This document shows, one piece after another, positions 1 through 9,024 of a stretch of 19,549 bases of DNA. This stretch comes from an uncultured Nitrospiraceae bacterium. Lineage in GTDB: Bacteria > Nitrospirota > Thermodesulfovibrionia > Thermodesulfovibrionales > UBA6898. The notes under the pieces are model-generated. The model ran no database searches. It was not told the DNA's origin and saw only the letters and a list, made by a program, of their open reading frames with translations. Every line of letters starts with the position of its first letter. The stretch's first letter is position 1. The position numbers were made by a program, and so were the translations under genes. The stretch spans positions 1 through 19,549 of the forward strand of contig CAWEQH010000005.1 of NCBI GenBank assembly GCA_963811165.1, given 5' to 3'.

Positions 1-2845
1 GCTTATTCGCTTGGCCCTGAAGTCGTCAATCGCCTGCTGAATCAGCTTGGAGAATTTCTCGTAGAAAGCAGGGTCTTCCTCCATTTTTTCGGTGATGGCT
101 TTCTTGGTAGCATGGGCGATGGCGTCGGCCGTGGCACGCCGTCGTCTTCGTCGATAAATGCCCCGTTCTTCCTTGACCATCCCGAACATCCTGTCATCGA
201 AGATATTGACCGGCTCATTGAGCTTGATAACTTCGTTTGCCTCGATATGGGTATCAAGGAGCTTTTTGATTTTCGGCTCATAGTCGCGATAGTCGATTGT
301 CTTCGGCATACCGTAGCTTGACGGCGGCTTTCAGATTATGGAACCGCTTCAGGTCATTCCGGTACTGGGCCATCTTGGCGTCCGGCGTATCCATGATGAA
401 CTGTTCGGTGGAGAGTGCCATCGCAGAGTACTTGCTGTACTCGGCCAGTCGCTGGTAAAACTCCTCTCTCAGCGCGTCATCGCCAAGCAGCAACTCATAG
501 GCCTCTTCGTCATAGTCGGTTCTTCACCTCTTTAAAGAGGTCCCAGAGATCGGAGTAGACCTGCGGCAGCTTGCGCTGCTTCCTAGTGATCGAGGTCAGC
601 GTGCCTTCAAGGTCTGCTTCGTCAAAATCCTCCAGTCCTGCATCGGCGTACATGGTGAGGGCCTTGATCCAAGCTCACCGAGAATACTGGCATAGTCAAC
701 GATATAGCCAAACTCTTTTTCTGCCCAAGGTTTCGTCCTCGTAGAGCCGGTTCACCCTGGCGATCGCCTGGAGCAGGGTATGCTCCTTCAGAGTGCGCAC
801 AGATACATTACCGTATTGCGGGGCGCGTCAAATCCGGTAATGAGCTTATCTACCACGATCAGAATTTCCGGTTCGTCGCCATAGCAGAAACTGATTGATG
901 ATCTGCTTCATGTATTCTTCTTCCGAGCCATAACGCTTCATCATCTTCTTCCAGAACTGGACTAACTTCTTCTCTGTCGGCCCTTCCTCGACCTCTTCAT
1001 AGCCTTCCCGTGTTATCCGGCGGCGATATGATCACCTCGGAAGTGACCCATGCCCAATTCGTTCAGGAATTCATGGTATTTGAGGGCCGACACCTTGTTC
1101 TGTGCGACCAGTTGGGCCTTGTAGGGCGTATCCTGCCAGGTGGAACGATAATGTTCGCTGATATCGAAGGCCCGCATATAAATGACTCTTTCCGCCTTGT
1201 TCAGCATTTCCGCACGGGCATATTTCTTCTTCAAATCAGCCTTCTGTTTGTCGGTAAGCCCCTGGGTATGGCGCTCAAACCAGAGATCGATGGCGTCCTT
1301 GTTCTGCTTCATATCCACATGACGGCCTTCATACAGAAGGGGCACCACCTGCTTGTCTTTCACGGCCTGCTGCATCGAATAGTGGGGCTCGATAAGCCCT
1401 CCGAATTTGATGAAGTTATTCTTCTCTTTCTTCATCAGCGGCGTGCCCGTGAAGCCAAGGTAGCAGGCGTTCGGGAACATCTGCCGCATCCGGGCATGAA
1501 AAGATCCCGAAGTTGGTGCGATGGCTTTCGTCCACCAGCATGAAGATATCGGTGCGATTCATCCTGGAGTATTTCTTTACTTTAAGGGCCTTATCGAACT
1601 TGTGGATCAGGTGGTGACAATGGCAGCCTGCTTTTCCGAAACCAGCTCGAGCAGATCCTGGCCGGTTTTGGCGCGTTGTGGCTCAAGACCGCAGGCGGCA
1701 AAGGTATTGCCGAGCTGTTTGTCGAGGTCGACCCTGTCGGTGACCAGCACGATACGAGGATTGGGGATATCGTGGTCAAGGGCAAGGTTTCTGGCAAGCC
1801 AGATCATGGTGAGGGATTTCCCCGAGCCCTGCGTGTGCCAGATGATGCCGCCTTTGCGCCGTTCGCCTTGCGTGCGTCGAATTGCTTCATCCGTTCCAGG
1901 GCGGACTTGACCACAAAATACTGTTGGTAGCGGGCGATCTTCTTTATGCCGCCATCAAAGATGGTGAACTTGAATGCCAGCTCCAGAAGCCGCTCCGGGC
2001 GGCAGAGGCTGTAGATTGCCTTGTCCTGCTGCGTCACCTCTGCTCGCCCTCAGCCTCCAGGGCATCAAAGAACTTTCGTGCGGCAGCGAAGTCCCCTGAA
2101 AAGAGCCTCTCTTTTCCGCGGGCTTTAAGGATTCTGATTGACGGTGCCGCAACATCCTTTTCCTTGTCCTGCAGTTCCTGCCATACGCTCCAGAATTTCC
2201 TGCCTGTTCCGGCCGTGGCATACATGGCGGCGTTCTTGTTGATGCCCATGACAAGCTGCACATAAGAGAAGAGCTTGGGGATATACTCATCCTGCTGGTT
2301 GCGGATGGACTGGGAAACTGCCTGCTCGAGTCCTATCTTGGGCGACTTGCATTCGATGACCGCAAAGGGAATGCCGTTCACAAAGAGCACAATATCGGGC
2401 CGGGCTGTTTCAGTGCTCCGGGTGCGCTCAACACTGAATTCCGCGGTGACATGAAAAGTGTTATTCTTCCAGTCCTGCCAGTCGATATAGCGCAGGGTGA
2501 AGCTCTTGGAGTCGCCTTCAATGGACTGCTCCAGCGCCGTGCCCAGGGTAAGCAGGTCATAAACGGCTTCATTAGTCTTCTGCAGTCCGTCCCACTTACG
2601 TTCTTCAGCTTCTGGATGGCGGACTGGATGTTTTCCTCACTGAAGAGATATTCCTGGCCTTTGTACTGGATGCGGTTGATGGCCTTGAGCTGGTTGCGCA
2701 GGATCTCTTCCAGCAGCACATTCCCATCTTTCTGCCGCGCAGCCACCGCCTGCTCGGGGGTAAGGTACTTGAAACCAAGGTTGATGAGCTGCTGAAGCGC
2801 CGGGATCTGGGAAAGATACTTTTCGTTAAAGCGGAAGCCCTTCAT
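1..2845 (-). CDS. hsdR: Type I restriction enzyme R subunit (HsdR); multiply frameshifted, 3' end outside the window
   Basis: Stitched frames give MKGFRFNEKYLSQIPALQQL, the nuclease motif RPDIVLFVNGIPFAVIECK, Walker A WHTQGSGKSLTM, the DEAH-like VDESHR (~1520-1535), GFTGTP and ITGFDAP. ATG at 2845 with RBS GAGGTGA. Confidence 0.95.
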
Positions 2846-4038
2846 GAGGTCACCTCTTCGGGTCTTCACCCGCCATTCGCCGGTGAGGAGTTTTTGCATA
2901 AGGCCGCGTTTTTGGCTCTTGAGCAATTCCAGTTTGTTTTCAAGAAGAGATATCTCTTTAAGAGAGGTATTTAAGACATCGCCAATTTTCGCCTGCTCCC
3001 TAGATTTCTGGCAAAGAATATTTTCAAGTTAAGAAAATCCGATTTGTTTAGTACTCGGTTGCTCCCTGCCCCGCCCGGAGATACTATAGCCAAGACTACG
3101 TATAAATCTTTTTTGAACTATTACATGTCGCAGATAATCAGGCAATGCTTTGTTGATATCAACCTACAAATGTCGGAAATCTATGCGAAACAAAACAATC
3201 TTCATCAGCTTGCCAACAAAAAAGCAATGGCGCCCTCCCATGCAAAGTTATATTTACAATAAGATCATCCTGCTTAACCCTGTAAAGAGTATCCATTGCA
3301 ACAGTATCTGGATTTTCAATAAAACGCCGAAATGTGCCTTTGCCGTGACTCCTAATTCCTAAAGCCCAATATGGTTTGTTCGGTTTCGCAACTACCCTCA
3401 AGGTCGGCTTAAGAAAAGTCTTTAGGGACGGCACTTATTTTTCTGTTTAGCAACATATTAGACAAAGCGGCATGCCGTGACATTTGCGCCTCAATCAGCC
3501 TTTCCATTTTTTCGATAGCGATGTTCCATGCAGTGATCAGCTCTACTATCGTCTTCTGAATGTTTAAGGGAGGAACAACTACAGGAAGTGCGCCAACACC
3601 ATCCTGATCAATTGTTGTCATAGTTGTAGTTTTTGCATTCCTCATGAAATATTTTCTAGCAGTATCAGAGCGGCAATATTCTTTCAGGTAGGTAGGCAGC
3701 ACAAGGTCTTGTTTTGGACGCACCCTCATTACATGGCATTCATATATTACATCCTCAGTATCTGAGTCAAAAATATTACAGTGAGCAATGCCTTCCAGTT
3801 TTAGGGACGATCTTGTAAGAAATATATCACCCCGTTTAACAGAGAAGTTATGAAGCTCTTTCGGTGTCACTTCAAGAAGGGTTAGATTATTGACATTAAT
3901 TTTTGATCCAACATAGAGATCGGAAACATTTATTAGGCGATAGCCCTGACCTGCTTTTTTCGGATCGTTAAAAGCTCCGTTTGAAATTCGTGTTTCACAA
4001 AGCTCTTTCAAAAGATATGTTGGTCCGATACTTTTCAT
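2842..4038 (-). CDS. hsdS: Type I RM specificity subunit (HsdS), two target recognition domains; frameshifted
   Basis: TRD1 (VKRGDIFLTR...LPVVVPPLNIQKTIVELITAWN), TRD2 (LGIRSHGKGTF...QDDLIVNIT) and the conserved C-terminus LKSQKRGLMQKLLTGEWRVK. About 1.2 kb, visibly AT-rich. Probable TGA at 2844-2842 overlaps the hsdR ATG (ATGA). Confidence 0.92.
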
Positions 4039-4163
4039 ATATAAACCTCAACATGTGACACCTTGCCGTGATGGGTGAGCACTTCGCGTTCCGCTTCAGT
4101 TGTCACGTTTTCCTTAATAGTTGTCTGAGGGGTGCCGAATTTAACATTTTCACAGTGGATCAT
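4035..4163 (-). pseudogene. 42-aa mini-ORF, probable internally deleted RhuM-family remnant
   Basis: Manual translation: MIHCENVKFGTPQTTIKENVTTEAEREVLTHHGKVSHVEVYI*. EREVLTHHGKVSH resembles the RhuM C-terminal 'ERDILTHAGKISH'-type motif. GGAGG lies upstream. The ATG directly follows the likely abi stop and the TGA overlaps the hsdS ATG. Confidence 0.5.
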
Positions 4164-5074
4164 TCAGCCCCTTGCCTCCGCAATCCAAAAATGGACTCTG
4201 CTCCCAATTCACAGGATATCCCATACTCCCGAGAGATATTTCAGGATACTCATTCTTCAGTGCGGCCAGCCTATTCGACCAGCCGCTTTGAGGAGCTATG
4301 AGGTTCAAAGATATTTCAGGATCGTCAGAATGATGAATATACGGTTGTTTGATAATGCCACCGGCTTGTGCCAATCCGGATATTTCCTTTCGTGCGGCAA
4401 CTTAGGCTTATAGCCGAGCTCACGGTTCCAAGAGGCGACCGTGATGGGCGCAAATATTACGTATTGCATTAAGCGCCCGAAGCCAGGAATGGGGAGCACT
4501 TCATCTGGAATATTGTATTGCTCAGCTACTGCCTGTTTTATATGAGCATCAACTCCGTTGAAGAATGTGAGCATCATACCGAATGTCATTATCTCCGCAG
4601 TCATCCAGAGCGGCAGGTGTTCATGCCTATCGCCATATTTGCTTAAAAAGTGCTTAACGAAAATTTCGTGGCTTTTACGAGTTTCTCAAAGTCGATACAG
4701 TCAGCCATTTTTTCATGTTCTTCTAACGTCAGACGTGGCAGGTTGGTTGCAACAGCATGGCCGAAGGGACCTTTATGATGTACAAAGTGGTATACGGTCT
4801 GCGTCCTGACAGCAACTTCGACTCTTTCAATGGCATCCATTACCGAACTCGCAGGGACGGTCAAATGTATAATGTCGCCAAACTTGTTCGAACGTTGTCC
4901 CGGGAATGAAATGTATCGTCAGAGTTCCGGAAAGGATAAAGATAGCCGCTAAACCGATAATAATTTACAGAGCGGAGACGGTCAATCAGCAGGTTGCGGT
5001 CAGCGACGAGACCTCTGCTGATGAGAAGATCGGCTTGTTGTTCAAAAGGTGAGCGCCTGTTTAGGATATTCCAT
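4164..5074 (-). CDS. abiF: AbiD/AbiF-family (Abi_2) abortive-infection HEPN RNase; frameshifted
   Basis: Stitched frames: MEYPKQALTFEQQADLLISRGL...VNYYRFSGYLYPFR, MDAIERVEVAVRT, LPLWMTAEIMTFG, the HEPN R-x4-H motif IRNICAHHGRL (~4435-4464), and C-terminal MGYPVNWEQSPFW. All are typical of Abi_2 proteins. Confidence 0.9.
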
Positions 5075-5084
5075 CGGCGCCTCT

Positions 5085-5138
5085 AAAATAAAATTCCCCC
5101 GAATGACGCATGCTAAGCAGAGGCGCGGGGATATGCTG
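5085..5138 (-). ncRNA. Structured leader/small RNA upstream of abiF (abiF-motif-like, putative RNA antitoxin)
   Basis: 5'-CAGCAUAUCCCCGCGCCUCUGCUUAGCAUGCGUCAUUCGGGGGAAUUUUAUUUU. It has a CCCCG/CGGGG outer stem, a CGC/GCG stem with a bulge, a UGC-UUA-GCA apical hairpin and a U-rich tail. It lies between a consensus promoter and the abi ATG. Confidence 0.65.
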
Positions 5139-5143
5139 TATTT

Positions 5144-5172
5144 ATTGTATGAGAATGAACAACTGCTGTCAA
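5144..5172 (-). promoter_or_regulatory. Sigma70 promoter for the abiF cassette
   Basis: Minus strand TTGACA (5172-5167), 17-nt spacer, TACAAT (5149-5144), with an A-rich upstream tract. Confidence 0.8.
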
Positions 5173-5184
5173 CAATTTTTTGTT

Positions 5185-6751
5185 TCAAGAAATTATACCC
5201 CGAATCTCCTCGATATATTTGTTCATCTTGTCCCTTACCTTGACCAGTTCCCTCTCGATCCGATCAATCTCCTTCTTTTGGACCGCAGCCACATCTATCT
5301 CCTCTTCTTTCCTCAAAGGTATCAACATATCGCGGAATGTTGAGATTGAAATCGTTCTCCTTTATCTCATCAAACGTCGCGACATGGGCATATTTATCAA
5401 CATCGTTGCGGGCCTTGTAGGTGGCGACAATCTTTTCAATATGCTCTTCAAGCAAAAGGTTTCGGGTCTTGGCCGACTGGTAATCGCGGCTGGCATCAAT
5501 GAAAAGTACATCCCGATGGTCTGCATTTACTCCGCCTTTTTCACGTGAACGGTCGAAGATCAGGATTGCCACTGGTATTGACGTAGTAGGAAATAGATTG
5601 GCAGGAAGCCCGACAACGGCATCAAGCAGATTGTCTTCGATCAGCTTCTGACGAATGCGCCCCTCAGCTCCTCCCCGAAACAGCACCCCATGAGGTACAA
5701 CCACTGCTACCCGTCCTTCTTTTTCAAGAGCCACTTCTACCATATGGCTGATAAAGGCATAGTCACCCTTGCTTTTGGGGGGAACGCCGCGCCAGAAGCG
5801 GTTAAAACGGTCATGTTCAGCTTCTTCTGCGCCCCACTTGTCGAGGGAAAAGGCGGGTTTGGCAACAACGATGTTAAACTTCATTAGACGGTCTTTTTCC
5901 ACCAATGCCGGATTTGTCAGGGCATTGCACCATTCGATGCGGGCGCTGTCCATACCGTGCAGAAACATGTTCATTCGGGCCAGCGCCCATGTGCTTCCAT
6001 TTACCTCCATTCCGAAGAGCGCAAAATCACGGCTGCCTACCTCCTTGGCCGCCTCTATCAGAAGCCCGCCGGAACCGTTCGACGGATCACAAATGTGATC
6101 ACCTGGCTTTGGGCTGTACAAGCTTGGCGAGCAGCTCAGAGACCTTGTGCGGCGTATAAAACTCGCCTGCCTTCTTACCGGCGTCAGATGCGAAGCGCTC
6201 TATGAGATAAATATAAGTGTTGCCAATCACATCCTCTGAAACCCGGCTTGGCCGTAAGTCGAGCTGAGGCTTGTTAAAATCCTCCAAAAGATGCTTCAGT
6301 AACCGATTCCTGTCTTTGGTCTTTCCGAGATTTGCCTCGCTGTTAAAATCGATGTTACGGAACACCCCTTCAAGCTTGGCCTTATTGGCTTCTTCTATTG
6401 CATCCAGAACAATATTGATGAGTTCCCCGACATTAGCCCTTGTTCTTCGTTCGCAGAGGCTGTAAAAATCTGCATGAAACTGCTCTTTTTGGCCGGTGTC
6501 CTTGTCCTCATAATTTACATAGGGCAATGTGAAGCGTTCCCGGTCGAGCTTCCGGCGGATTCGTTCGTCGTCACCACCATATTCTTTCTTATATAAGTCA
6601 TAATGGTCCTGCCACACGTCGGAGATGTATTTCAAAAACAGCATCACAAGGATGTAGTCCTTATACTGGGCAGGGTCCACGGACCCCTGAAGGTGTCACA
6701 AGCTGCCCATGCGATATTATTGATTTCGTCCTGCGATACTTTCGAGGTCAT
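5185..6751 (-). CDS. hsdM: Type I RM N6-adenine methyltransferase (HsdM); frameshifted
   Basis: MTSKVSQDEINNIAWAACDTF, DPAQYKDYILVMLFLKYISD, GKKAGEFYTP, motif I ICDPSNGSGGLL, motif IV read as VAKPAFS (NPPF after removing a +A/-T indel pair), VVVPHGVLFRGG, and NDFNLNIPRYVDTFEE. The stop is at 5185, or at 5193 if there is a further indel. Confidence 0.95.
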
Positions 6752-7337
6752 TTTCTCTTCTCCTTATTGGCCTTGGTTGCACTTAAACATACTACATTTA
6801 TAATAAGGGACCGCTTGTCCTGAAGTTCTGTCATTAGTTTTTTTTCCATCGCCATTAACCTACTCAGCTCTATGATCTTCTTCTGAGATTCTAAGGCAGG
6901 AACTTCAATCTTGAGTCCTTTGAATGCGGACATAGGAACAAGCGGCATATGAGACCCATGCCGGGCGTTGGTATGCAGATATTCTTGTGTCGGTGCCTGG
7001 TTAATGTACCATGCCAGATATTCCGGCAAAACATCTGAATTCCTAATTCTTAGGATGAAAAAATGACTCACGGCGACAGAGTTTTCAATATCCGCCATGA
7101 TCGCTGTGGCCCAGTTCTTGTGCCCCCGGGACAGAAAAAGGACATCGCCCTTGTTTACAGGAAACTGATCAGGCTTATCCAGGTTAACGCGTAAAAGGCC
7201 CTTCTTATTTAGATTACGATTCTCGTCAAAGTCCCGGATCTAATAACCGAATGCGCGCCGTCATCAGAGGGCTCCATTTTTTTGCGGAACTGATATCCCA
7301 TTCGAATATCTGCTATTTCTGTTATTTTCTTTTTCAT
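6748..7337 (-). CDS. Half-size HsdS-like protein (single TRD plus helical tail), one frameshift near 7240
   Basis: MKKKITEIADIRMGYQFRKK...IRDFD...VNKGDVLFLSRG...FFILRIRNSDVLPEYLAWYIN...LKIEVPALESQKKIIEL. Its TGA overlaps the hsdM ATG (ATGA). Confidence 0.8.
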
Positions 7338-7447
7338 AGGAACGTGCGGATGTTCCTTTCTTTTCTTGGCAGTATCGGCCTAGATAAAGAAACAGGCCCC
7401 ATGTTCACAGCACAGAGCCGGATCGTTTCCTGGTTATAACTGTTCAT
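7334..7447 (-). CDS. Possible 37-aa leader peptide
   Basis: MNSYNQETIRLCAVNMGPVSLSRPILPRKERNIRTFL*. It starts ~30 nt after the promoter and its stop overlaps the next ATG. No strong RBS and no recognised homology. Confidence 0.3.
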   Translation of the reverse strand: MNSYNQETIRLCAVNMGPVSLSRPILPRKERNIRTFL

Positions 7448-7457
7448 AAAATGTGAT

Positions 7458-7506
7458 GTATATAGCATCATGTGCTACTATATACCATAATATCACCTTC
7501 TGTCAA
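7458..7506 (-). promoter_or_regulatory. Sigma70 promoter of the RM operon with an overlapping inverted repeat
   Basis: TTGACA (7506-7501) with TATAGT 18 nt downstream (or TG-extended TATATA at 16 nt). The inverted repeat GTATATAG-N12-CTATATAC (7458-7485) overlaps the -10 and the start site. Confidence 0.65.
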
Positions 7507-7842
7507 GGGGAAAAAACAATAAAAAAAGATGTATTCAAAATACTGTTAATAAAATAGTTTGTGGCTGGGATGTAACCGCTGCAGCGCTTACTCGCCGCAA
7601 AGGCGCGGGACAATGTGGGGTAAAATGCCTCCAAGCAGTCAAGAATGCACATGATTGCAAAGATTTCCGCTTGTACTCCGCAGAATGATCCGGATGATCG
7701 TCGGTGTCGACTCCTGTGAGAACCAACCGATAAACATAGTTTTTCAATTTTGTTTTTTTGTAGGAGTACACTTATGCCGACCTTTTCAGACATTGTCCGT
7801 CAGGTCGCGTGGTGGTAACTACAATCACAGACCTTATGATAG

Positions 7843-8784
7843 TCACCATGTCCGGGGAATAATTCTCATCCGTCTTTCTCGTCTATCAAATCTTCTTATG
7901 CCTTCTTCACGGGCCGCTCTCAGAGCCTCCTCATATTCATCATGGGTAATACAGCGGTCGAGCGGTGGATATTTGCTTGCTTTGCCGCATGGATGATATT
8001 GATCCATTATATTTACATACGTGTCAGGTGAGATTTCTCCGGCGATAAAACGCATGATCTCTCTCGTCCCTGCTACACCTTCCGGCATGACGAGGTGGCG
8101 CAGGAGGACCCCCTTTTGCGCGATGCCTTTGTCATTCAAGGCGAGATCACCCACCTGCCGATGCATTTCCCTTATAGCATCTTTGGCCCTTTCCGGATAA
8201 TCCGGGGCCTTCAAATACCTGCGGGCCATCTCAGGGTCCCAGAATTTAAAGTCAGGCATATAAATATCAAAAATCCCTTCCAGGAGTTTCAGGGTTTCAA
8301 CCGAATCATAGCCTCCGGTATTGTAGACAAGAGGTACATTGAGACCGCTGTCTACGGCATAAGCCAGGGCATCGAGTATCTGAGGGACTACGTGCGTTGG
8401 GGTAACAAAATTGATGTTATGGCATCCCAGCCTTTGGAGTTGCAGCATCATGCCGGCGAGGGTTTTAGAGTCTACTTCGCTTCCTTCGCCAAGATGGCTG
8501 ATCTCCCAGTTTTGACAGAACACACAGAGGAGATTGCAATTGGTCATAAAGATGGTCCCGGAGCCGTCGGTCCCCACCAGAGGGTCTTCCTCTCCAAAAT
8601 GAGGAGTGAAGCTCGACACCATGGCTGCCCGTCCGGTACGACAAATACCTTTCTCACCCTCCAGCCTGTTGACTTCACACCTGCGGGGGCAAAGGCAGCA
8701 ATTTTCAAGAATCTTGTAAGACTCTTTTATGCTGTCGACGAGCCTTCCGGTCCGATGGGCTTCAATGTATGATGGCGTAAACAT
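7843..8784 (-). CDS. pflX: Radical SAM protein, PflX (PFL-activating-enzyme-like) family
   Basis: Intact 313 aa. CxxxCxxC motif CNLLCVFCQN, N-terminal CCLCPRRCEVNR, HFGEEDPLVG, GCHNINFVTPTH, DIYMPDFKF, LLRHLVMP. Confidence 0.88.
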   Translation of the reverse strand: MFTPSYIEAHRTGRLVDSIKESYKILENCCLCPRRCEVNRLEGEKGICRTGRAAMVSSFTPHFGEEDPLVGTDGSGTIFMTNCNLLCVFCQNWEISHLGEGSEVDSKTLAGMMLQLQRLGCHNINFVTPTHVVPQILDALAYAVDSGLNVPLVYNTGGYDSVETLKLLEGIFDIYMPDFKFWDPEMARRYLKAPDYPERAKDAIREMHRQVGDLALNDKGIAQKGVLLRHLVMPEGVAGTREIMRFIAGEISPDTYVNIMDQYHPCGKASKYPPLDRCITHDEYEEALRAAREEGIRRFDRRERRMRIIPRTW

Positions 8785-8798
8785 AATACCCTATAACC

Positions 8799-9013
8799 TA
8801 TTAGGACCTATCTCAAAATAGGGTCTCGTTTTTAAATCTGTCATTCCCGCAAGCGAAGCGCGTCGGGAATCCAACCCCCCTCTACCCCCCTTATCAAGGG
8901 GGAAGGGGCGGATCCTCCCCTGATAAGGGGAGGCAGGGAGGGGTTATCGGACAAGCCGGAATGACAAACTACCGGCTAATGATATTATTTCGATTTTGAG
9001 ATAGGTTCTAATA
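8799..9013. mobile_element. MITE-like element with nested REP-like palindromes
   Basis: 21-bp terminal inverted repeats TATTAGGACCTATCTCAAAAT (8799-8819) / ATTTTGAGATAGGTTCTAATA (8993-9013), 20/21 match. Inner pair TGTCATTCC (8839-8847) / GGAATGACA (8958-8966). Innermost C/G-rich palindrome at 8873-8945. No transposase. Confidence 0.75.
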
Positions 9014-9024
9014 AAAACAATCTC

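Noticed and set aside
2378..2926. Apparent in-frame HsdS-HsdR fusion ORF
   Set aside because: Removing one C in AAGACCCGAAGAG gives ...VKTEEVTS* with a standard ATGA overlap and RBS for hsdR. This fits the local indel noise.
4050..4109. attC-like imperfect palindrome (AACATGTGACA...TGTCACGTT)
   Set aside because: No proper RYYYAAC/GTTRRRY ends, little internal pairing, and no integrase or array. It lies within the mini-ORF.
5845..5863. Apparently inactive methyltransferase (KPAF instead of NPPF)
   Set aside because: A +A and -T pair in adjacent homopolymers restores ANPPFS, so it is likely an artefact.
7590..7612. CGCC-GCAA-AGGCG hairpin considered as a riboswitch or ncRNA
   Set aside because: Only a short stem; no recognisable aptamer consensus or downstream gene.
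8095..8772. 225-aa + strand ORF
   Set aside because: Antisense shadow of the radical SAM gene with no recognisable motifs.
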